From positions 1 to 34,412 of the forward strand of contig JAAFKI010000123.1 of NCBI GenBank assembly GCA_021399345.1: 34,412 nt of DNA, read 5' to 3'. A model generated the notes under the pieces. It had not been told where the DNA came from. It saw nothing but the letters and a program-made list of their open reading frames with translations, and did no database searches. A program made the position numbers and the translations under genes. Every line of letters starts with the position of its first letter. The stretch's first letter is position 1. The DNA comes from Candidatus Heimdallarchaeota archaeon. Its GTDB lineage: Archaea; Asgardarchaeota; Heimdallarchaeia; Heimdallarchaeales; Heimdallarchaeaceae. Shown one piece after another: positions 27,672 through 34,412 of this stretch.

Positions 27672-28829
27672 TCAATCTCTCATTCTATTTCTAACAGAAA
27701 GTACTGCTAGAACAAAGAATATTAAACACATGCCAGCAACCACTAGAAAATCTACCCATAGTTCCTTGAAACCCCATCCTTTTAACATAATTCCTTCAAA
27801 TAGATTAATTCCATATGTCAAAGGTACTATATATGAAACAGGTTGGAGCCAAACAGGAAGACCAACGACAGGGATTAACAGGCCACCTAAAGCCATACTA
27901 GGAATAGCTGTTAATGGTGCAAATTGTATTGCTTGTAATTCATTTTGAGCAAAGTTTGCTAGAAAAACAGACATGAATACATGGGCTAATCCAAAGAGCA
28001 AAGCTGCAAAAATTAATAGGAACGCATTTCCTCTTACTTTAGCTCCGAATACAAAGATTCCAAATATCAAAATAAGCGCTACCATAATCGTAGCTATTAG
28101 AAGTAATCCTATTACATATCCTAGCAATCTTTCTGATGATTTCAATGGAGTTGCAAACAGACGATCTTGTGTTCCTTGAATCTTCTCACGAGTTACTGTA
28201 ATGACTCCTACTATAACTAGCAAAAAAATGAGTTCGAATGCTATTATCGCAGGAATACCTACATCTAATCCAGTAAATTCAGCACCATCATGAGCTAATG
28301 TTTGAACAAGATTAATTCCTTTATCTCCTATCGATTCCTCTAGAGCTTCTCGAACAGCACCTAAAACACTAGCTCTAACTGTTGGGTTCGTTGCATCAAT
28401 ATAGATATAGAAACTAGGAGTGACATTCCCGAATGCTAACATATAAGCTATGGATTGAGAAAAATTAGCAGGTATAAGAATAGACGCATAAGATTTTCCT
28501 TTCTCAACTAAATCAATCCCGTTGACATATGTATCATAGGTAATTGTGACACTGTTATCTCCTTCAAGCACATCTGTAATATTGGAACCTAAGTTGATTC
28601 CCAAATAGAGTTCATCATTGTTTTCAATGATTATTGGAACGTTATTCACTTCTCCACTTAGAGCTAAACCAAATACTAACATTGTAATAATAGGAACAAT
28701 TGTCAGTAGAGCTAAAGTTCTACGGTCTCTTCTAAATTGATTAATTGTCTTAAAAGCAATTGCTAGTGTTCTCTGCAGGGAGAATGTAGAATTCTTGGGT
28801 TTGAATTCCATTTCCTTTTTCTTATTCAT
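27672..28829 (-). CDS. ABC-2 type exporter permease
   Basis: QFRRDRRTL, extracellular loop, TREKIQGTQDRLFATP, six-TM pattern, PLTY. GGAGTGA SD before ATG 28829; overlaps the ATPase stop. Confidence 0.92.
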   Translation of the reverse strand: MNKKKEMEFKPKNSTFSLQRTLAIAFKTINQFRRDRRTLALLTIVPIITMLVFGLALSGEVNNVPIIIENNDELYLGINLGSNITDVLEGDNSVTITYDTYVNGIDLVEKGKSYASILIPANFSQSIAYMLAFGNVTPSFYIYIDATNPTVRASVLGAVREALEESIGDKGINLVQTLAHDGAEFTGLDVGIPAIIAFELIFLLVIVGVITVTREKIQGTQDRLFATPLKSSERLLGYVIGLLLIATIMVALILIFGIFVFGAKVRGNAFLLIFAALLFGLAHVFMSVFLANFAQNELQAIQFAPLTAIPSMALGGLLIPVVGLPVWLQPVSYIVPLTYGINLFEGIMLKGWGFKELWVDFLVVAGMCLIFFVLAVLSVRNRMRD

Positions 28830-29577
28830 CAACAATCACTCCTTCACTTAATTTAATGAAAATCTCTTCTATTGTGTTTGAATTGTGCTCTTTCTTTAAC
28901 TGGTCTGGTGTTCCTTCAGCAATTAATTTTCCAGCTCTCATCAACCCAATTCGGTCAGCTTTCTCTGCTTCATCCATCACATGAGAAGTTAAAACTAGTG
29001 TAACTCCATTCTCCTTTAGAGATCTAAAATATTCCCAGAAAAACGTTCGAAGAACAGGATCAACTCCGACAGTTGCTTCATCGAAGAATACTATCTTTGG
29101 GGAATGGATTAAAGCACAGGCTATACTAGCTCTTCTCTTCATTCCACCAGAAAGATTCTTCGCTAGAGCCTTTCTTTTTTCTTCTAGACGTAAAATTTGC
29201 AAGAGCTCATTATATTTTAGTGCAAATTCTGCTTTCTTCATGCCATATAATCTTGCAAAGAAGCGTACATTTTCTTCTAAACTTAGATCATAGTAGATAG
29301 AGTAGTCTTGAGGAGCGACTCCAATATAATTTGTAATCAATCGTCTATTCTTAGGTATTTCCTGACCTAAAACTTTGATTGATCCAGATGTTGGAAAAAG
29401 AGCTCCAGTAATCATGTTTAAAGAAGTTGTCTTACCACTTCCGTTTGCCCCTATTAGAGCATAAATCTCTCCTTTTTTTATTCTCAAATTTAAGCCATTT
29501 ACAGCTTTTACTTTTCCTGTCTTATAGATTTTTACAAGATCTTGGGTTTCAATTACATATTCATTATTTACAGCCAA
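28822..29577 (-). CDS. ABC exporter ATP-binding protein
   Basis: Walker A GANGSGKT, LSGGM signature, Walker B VFFDE, TSH switch. AGGTGA SD favours TTG 29577 over the track start 29622. Confidence 0.95.
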   Translation of the reverse strand: MAVNNEYVIETQDLVKIYKTGKVKAVNGLNLRIKKGEIYALIGANGSGKTTSLNMITGALFPTSGSIKVLGQEIPKNRRLITNYIGVAPQDYSIYYDLSLEENVRFFARLYGMKKAEFALKYNELLQILRLEEKRKALAKNLSGGMKRRASIACALIHSPKIVFFDEATVGVDPVLRTFFWEYFRSLKENGVTLVLTSHVMDEAEKADRIGLMRAGKLIAEGTPDQLKKEHNSNTIEEIFIKLSEGVIVDE

Positions 29578-29662
29578 TTTATCACCTAAACAATAATTAC
29601 TACTCAAAGTTAGGTGATTCAAATTAATAAATATTTCTAGTGCTACTTCCGATGGTAGTAGT
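29576..29662. promoter_or_regulatory. Candidate operator region of the ABC/TrmB operon
   Basis: Perfect 9-bp inverted repeat ATCACCTAA (29581-29589) / TTAGGTGAT (29610-29618); CTACT-N9-AGTAG (29643-29661); TATA-like TTTATTAA on the minus strand at ~29623-29631. Confidence 0.45.
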
Positions 29663-29775
29663 GGAAAAAAATTAAACTTTTAACCTTTTATTTGATGAAA
29701 TCTAAGAATTATCTCAGCAAATGTTTCGTTTCACACGACTTTTCATAATATATTAATTTCAAATATTCATCTGTA

Positions 29776-30873
29776 TTGGAGGTTATTCAAATCTTTGTAG
29801 TCGGGGCTAACTTATTTATCTGGTTGAAAATGTTGTTTGAGAACAAACTAGATATTTCTTGGAAAAAAATTCCTCATGTTTTTGTAATAACATTTATAAT
29901 CATAATTTTTACACCTCTAGCAATAATTGAAAGATTGCTGGCATGGATAAAATTACGTGAAGTTGAACCGAAACATCAACCAATATTCATACTGGGACAT
30001 TGGCGTCAAGGAACAACATTTCTACATGAACTCTTTAGTAGTAATCCTGATTATGAAGTCATGACACTTTATGAGAGTGTGTTTCCTAATCACTTTCTCT
30101 ATTCGTCTCCGTTTTTTAGATGGGTGCTTAATCTTTTTCTTCCTGAAACAAGACCTCAAGATGACTTGAAAATTACCTCTGATTTACCTAGTGAACATGA
30201 TTTTGCAATCGCTAACCTAAGTTCAATGTCACCATATTCAGGAGCATATTTCCCAGACAACCAAGATGCTTACACCAAGTATGTAACTCTTGAGGGATTA
30301 TCAGAAAAGCAAATTGATAAAATCAAAAAATGTTATAAGTATATGATGAAAAAATTGATAGTTAAGAAGAAATTCAAAAGATTAGTTCTAAAGAGTCCTG
30401 TTGATACTGCTCGAGTGAGATTCCTAATGGAAATGTATCCAGATGCAAAATATATCCATATTGCTCGCAATCCTTACGAGGTCTATTATTCGACAAAGAG
30501 AATGCATGAGAAGCTGATATCCATTTTTCAATTGCAAAAAGGATATCAAAATTTGGATGAATTTGTTCTAGAGACATATGAAGGCATGTATACTAAATTC
30601 TACAACGAAGTAGATCTAATACCCAAAGAAAATTTCATTGAAATCAGATATGAAGAGTTGATAGCAAATCCAATAGATGAAATGGCTAGAATTTATGATA
30701 CTTTATCACTATCAGGATTTAATGAAGCTAAACCATATATTGAGAAATATATTGAAAGTAATAAATATTACACGCCTACTAAATACAACATTCCTCCTGA
30801 AGAAAGGGAACGAATTTTCAATCAATTGCATAGTATTTTCGAAAAGATGAACTATGATAAAACGATTAGTTAA
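29776..30873 (+). CDS. PAPS-dependent sulfotransferase (Sulfotransfer_3, Stf-like)
   Basis: 5'-PSB PIFILGHWRQGTTFLH, RPQD, PSEHD, VLKSP, 3'-PB HIARNPYEVYYS, IRYEEL; start codon uncertain. Confidence 0.9.
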   Translation: MEVIQIFVVGANLFIWLKMLFENKLDISWKKIPHVFVITFIIIIFTPLAIIERLLAWIKLREVEPKHQPIFILGHWRQGTTFLHELFSSNPDYEVMTLYESVFPNHFLYSSPFFRWVLNLFLPETRPQDDLKITSDLPSEHDFAIANLSSMSPYSGAYFPDNQDAYTKYVTLEGLSEKQIDKIKKCYKYMMKKLIVKKKFKRLVLKSPVDTARVRFLMEMYPDAKYIHIARNPYEVYYSTKRMHEKLISIFQLQKGYQNLDEFVLETYEGMYTKFYNEVDLIPKENFIEIRYEELIANPIDEMARIYDTLSLSGFNEAKPYIEKYIESNKYYTPTKYNIPPEERERIFNQLHSIFEKMNYDKTIS

Positions 30874-30899
30874 ACATAAATGCGATTATTCTCTTATAT

Positions 30900-31406
30900 T
30901 CACTTTTCAGTAGGGATGGTGACAAAATATCCACCTTCAGTATGAGAACCTCGTAGCTTCAAGATATTAAAGCCAACTCCATAACATAGAATCTTTTGAT
31001 CTGGTTCGATTTTAATGAAAACATACTCTTCATCTTTCTCAAGATCTATATCAGCAATTATCATTTTCAGAATTCTCTTCTCTGAAAAGATTTCAATTAT
31101 ATTCTCTGTATTAACAGGGACTAATTTAGCAACACCATTCAACGTAATAGTACCTGATGGGACAAAACGAAAGTGATGATGTGGAAAAGGAATAATGAAA
31201 GATATTTTGGGATTATCCTGGATGTTTCTTATTTTCTTATATTTCTTTGAAGTTAAAAGATATAAAGCAAATTCAGCATCAGGTTTTGAAACGCCATATA
31301 GAATCCCTGTTGTATGAGGAGATTCATCTGAATTCAAAGTAGTGAGTATTCCAAATGTTTTTTTTCGTATTTTTCTCTCAACAAAAGAAAAGTTGAACTT
31401 AGTCAT
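30900..31406 (-). CDS. Pyridoxamine 5'-phosphate oxidase-like split-barrel protein
   Basis: GILTTLN..SPHTT, KKIRNIQDNPKISF, ITLNGVA. AGGTGA SD favours ATG 31406 over GTG 31421. Confidence 0.8.
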   Translation of the reverse strand: MTKFNFSFVERKIRKKTFGILTTLNSDESPHTTGILYGVSKPDAEFALYLLTSKKYKKIRNIQDNPKISFIIPFPHHHFRFVPSGTITLNGVAKLVPVNTENIIEIFSEKRILKMIIADIDLEKDEEYVFIKIEPDQKILCYGVGFNILKLRGSHTEGGYFVTIPTEK

Positions 31407-31521
31407 ATGCAAACATTTCACCTACAACTAGAGACATTTCAAAGGATATAAGCTTATTTCATCTTCCTTCTGCTTAAATGACTTTTTAAAGTGAAAACTA
31501 CTTACTAATAAGCTGAACAAA

Positions 31522-31986
31522 ATGAAAGAAGAAACTAAAAAATTACTGGATGAATTGATGGAAAAGCCTTACTCAGCATATCTAGCAACGATTGATGAAA
31601 ATGGTTTTCCTTTCATAAGAGCTGTTTTTAATTTGCAATGTAAAGAGAAATTTGCTCATCCTGCTAAAGTTATTGAAGAATATGATAATAATCCTTATAC
31701 TGTCTATATATCTACTAACACTTCTTCTGTCAAGATGAAACACATCTTATATAACAAAAGAATTGCTTTGTATTTCAGTATTCCAGATGAAGTTAAAGGT
31801 ATCATGTTACAAGGGGAAGCTGAAGTATTAGAAGACAAGGAATTTAAAAAGAAAATCTGGATGGATAATTGGAAGATTTATTATCCATTAGGTGTAGAAG
31901 ATTCTGATTTTACAATTCTCAAACTAAAACCTAAGATTCTGAGAGGTTGGTTCAGAGGACCCCATGAACACAAATTTACTGATTGA
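31522..31986 (+). CDS. Pyridoxamine 5'-phosphate oxidase / general stress protein 26-like protein
   Basis: AYLATIDENGFP.IR, STNTSSVK, ALYF, GIMLQGEAE, W..YYP.G..D.D. Confidence 0.85.
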   Translation: MKEETKKLLDELMEKPYSAYLATIDENGFPFIRAVFNLQCKEKFAHPAKVIEEYDNNPYTVYISTNTSSVKMKHILYNKRIALYFSIPDEVKGIMLQGEAEVLEDKEFKKKIWMDNWKIYYPLGVEDSDFTILKLKPKILRGWFRGPHEHKFTD

Positions 31987-32144
31987 TTTTTTGTTCAATA
32001 TACTAGAAAAAAAATTAGAAAAGAATGGTTAGAATGGTGGATTGAAAACAAAGAAAACTTCTCTTAATCTTAATCTTACAATAATTTGAGTATTTCTATT
32101 CCAAAGTAAAGACTTTAAAATATCTTTTTTTGCATTCTCTTGAT

Positions 32145-33008
32145 ATGTCTCAACAAGAGCAAGTATTCAATGATATACTCATATCACAGTTTGAAGAAAT
32201 TGCAGAAGAACAATATGTAAAAGTTTCAGATGGTTCTGAAATTAAAATCTTAACAACCAAAGCTCCTAAAGATGAAGCAAATGGATATACTTTTCTAATC
32301 ATTCCTGGTTGGGGGACAGTTGTTCCTGGTTGGGAGGAAGTTCTTATGGAAGCTATCAAGGATTTTGATATTTTATATATAGAAACAAGGGAAAAACTTT
32401 CTTTTCGTCCTGGTGAAGGGAAGATTAAGAGTGATTTAGAAAGACTTGCTCTAGATGTTCAAGAGATTGTAGAATATCTTAAAATTGACCAGAATAAACT
32501 GGTAACTCTTACTTCTTCTTACAGCACTTTAATAATTGCAAATCTTTTGGGTTCTAAGAAGATTAAGCCAGCTTTATCTGTTCTCATTGGACCTAATAGT
32601 CAACTTAACATGCCTCCTACAACTAGATATTTACATTATATTCTTCCCACTATTATTTTTGATTTTACCAAACCGGTCTGGAGATGGTGGATCAAGAAAT
32701 TCAAAAGCGAGGATCCAGTTCAAGCAGCAAAATATACTCGCACAATAAATGAGGCAGATCGCAAGAAATGGAAAGCAGTGGCAAAAAGAATAAGTACAAT
32801 TAAAGTATGGAAACTCTACCGTCAAATTGAAGATAATTATGTTGTAATTATAGGAATGGAGACTGACAAAATGCATACTACTAAACTATCAAAGGACATA
32901 ACAGCAGCGATCCCTAATGCTGAATACTTAGATATGGGTACCAATCGAGCTACACATTCTGCAGAAATGATAAAAGTTATTAGAAAATTAATGAAAAAAA
33001 TATCTTAA
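32145..33008 (+). CDS. Alpha/beta hydrolase fold protein
   Basis: IIPGWG oxyanion loop, ETRE, elbow TSSYS, acid D in ETDKMH, His in ATHS. TTTAAAA at 32114-32120 favours ATG 32145 over TTG 32130. Confidence 0.78.
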   Translation: MSQQEQVFNDILISQFEEIAEEQYVKVSDGSEIKILTTKAPKDEANGYTFLIIPGWGTVVPGWEEVLMEAIKDFDILYIETREKLSFRPGEGKIKSDLERLALDVQEIVEYLKIDQNKLVTLTSSYSTLIIANLLGSKKIKPALSVLIGPNSQLNMPPTTRYLHYILPTIIFDFTKPVWRWWIKKFKSEDPVQAAKYTRTINEADRKKWKAVAKRISTIKVWKLYRQIEDNYVVIIGMETDKMHTTKLSKDITAAIPNAEYLDMGTNRATHSAEMIKVIRKLMKKIS

Positions 33009-33035
33009 TTTCCCTGAACTGAAATTCTAGAATGT

Positions 33036-34352
33036 TTATTTTAATTCAAGAAACTTACTAACAGACATATAAACTTCTTTTTCAAGTAATTTGAGTGTTT
33101 TACTCTTCTTTTCTTGAAGATATTCATCTATATAAGGTGTGACAACTTTATCTAAATCCAGTTTTCTTCTTTCTTCCTCACTCATCAGGGAAATATCTTT
33201 TGAAAAGGTATTAAGGAAATTTGCAGCTAAATTGAGTTGTTTAGTTTCGTACTTGGAGCTTTTAATAAAAAAACTCTTCAGATAAGCTAAACGATGAAGA
33301 ACCTCTGCAATCATTAGATTAGTCTCAATTCCCCCCTCAGGAACGTATCTCTTTGAAGTATAATCTATTTTCAATTCATACCCAAGTTTATATCCTCTAA
33401 TCTCGGGCCATATAAACCCTAGTTCTTTGATCTTTGTTGAATCAAGATTACCATATTTATCTTCATTTCCATAAAGTTCCTTATATTTAGGGTAGTATTC
33501 TGGAAAATAATCTTGGAGAGATTTCATGAATTGGTTTTTGTTTCTTCCAGGTTTAAGAGTTAAACCCCAACAGTATATGAACTCTGCTCCCACATCCTTA
33601 CCTGTTTCATAGATTGAATTCATGTTCTCAACAGTATCGCCTATAAAAGGAAGCGTTGGATAAAAATAAATCCCTGAATGTATTTCTTCATCTCTTAGTT
33701 TTTCGATAGCTTCGAATCGCTCTAGAGATGAGCTAGCTTTAGGTTCAAATATTTTCTGTTTTTTCTCATCAGCTAAAGTTATCGTGAAGCTTGCACAAGC
33801 ATAGCTTTCTTCATTGATTTTTTTTAATAGATCCAAATCTCGAAGGATTAGCGTATTTTTGGTGAGGAAGAAAACAGGAATCTTGTAATCATAAGCTATT
33901 TGCAGAAGCTTTCTAGTCATTTTCACTTCTTTTTCAACTGGTTGGTATACGTCACATACTCCACCACCGATGAATAGAATAAACTTCTTTTTTCTGGAAG
34001 AATCTGCAGATTCTCTTAGATTTGGGAAGTAATCTACGAGTGTGGATGTTTTTTCTCGGTTTACTGGAAAAAAGCCTTGTTTCTTAAAATAGAGTTCTAA
34101 TAACTCTGGAGCATTTCTCTTTACTCTGATTCTTTGACCAAAATCGTCGTGCATGTAATAACTTTCAGCTTTACCATCACAATAAACGCAATCATGCTCA
34201 CAGCCCTGATAAGGATTAAGATAGACTTCAGCCCATGAAAACAGTGATGTTCTTGAAGTTCGAACTAAAGATTTCGCATCATATTCTTCGATTATCATAG
34301 CACGACCATTTTTAGTCAAGTAAGATTTCATTATAACCTGTTTTTTGTACAT
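33036..34352 (-). CDS. Radical SAM protein, spore-photoproduct-lyase-like family, with C-terminal helical extension
   Basis: NPYQGCEHDCVYC (CxxxCxxC), DVYQPVE, LTKN.LILRDLD, FEP.A....RF, LPFIGD. The start may be ATG 34298 (MIIEEYDAKS). Confidence 0.9.
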   Translation of the reverse strand: MYKKQVIMKSYLTKNGRAMIIEEYDAKSLVRTSRTSLFSWAEVYLNPYQGCEHDCVYCDGKAESYYMHDDFGQRIRVKRNAPELLELYFKKQGFFPVNREKTSTLVDYFPNLRESADSSRKKKFILFIGGGVCDVYQPVEKEVKMTRKLLQIAYDYKIPVFFLTKNTLILRDLDLLKKINEESYACASFTITLADEKKQKIFEPKASSSLERFEAIEKLRDEEIHSGIYFYPTLPFIGDTVENMNSIYETGKDVGAEFIYCWGLTLKPGRNKNQFMKSLQDYFPEYYPKYKELYGNEDKYGNLDSTKIKELGFIWPEIRGYKLGYELKIDYTSKRYVPEGGIETNLMIAEVLHRLAYLKSFFIKSSKYETKQLNLAANFLNTFSKDISLMSEEERRKLDLDKVVTPYIDEYLQEKKSKTLKLLEKEVYMSVSKFLELK

Positions 34353-34412
34353 TTTTTGGTATTTAAATAGGGTGGTGTAGATTATAAGTTGAAGGATTAT
34401 AGCTATGCACCA

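Noticed and set aside
13298-33008. A single lipid or secondary-metabolite gene cluster (DegV, SDR, acyltransferase, sulfotransferase, hydrolase, ABC)
   Set aside because: The genes are scattered, on mixed strands, have their own promoters and are interleaved with unrelated genes; reported only as separate observations.
1-34412. CRISPR arrays, tRNA/rRNA genes, IS elements, prophage or defence systems
   Set aside because: I saw no regularly spaced repeats, no GC-rich structural RNA blocks and no transposase, integrase, nuclease or capsid motifs.

Overview
AT-rich, gene-dense archaeal chromosomal segment. Evidence for archaea: TATA boxes ~25-30 nt upstream of many starts (leaderless mRNAs), AGGTGA/GGAGG Shine-Dalgarno motifs in operon-internal genes, T-tract terminators, a tungsten-type aldehyde:ferredoxin oxidoreductase and a TrmB regulator. 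The large TPR protein, multi-PAS REC/kinase proteins and a C-terminally anchored surface enzyme suggest an Asgard archaeon, possibly Heimdallarchaeia-like (inference). There are about 30 protein-coding genes. I recognise no rRNA, tRNA, CRISPR array or transposase. Best candidates for undescribed biology: (1) a tightly coupled homoserine dehydrogenase + AOR pair, which could interconvert homoserine, aspartate semialdehyde and aspartate with ferredoxin; (2) a nearby 427-aa unknown TIM-barrel-like enzyme co-transcribed with an aspartate-type aminotransferase behind a structured leader; (3) an SPL-like radical SAM enzyme fused to a PolX-N-terminal-like helical domain; (4) a thioredoxin reductase with eroded NADPH-binding motifs; (5) a REC-7xPAS kinase with degenerate G-boxes; (6) an ABC-exporter/TrmB operon with candidate operators. 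All functional calls come from motif recognition by eye; no searches were run.
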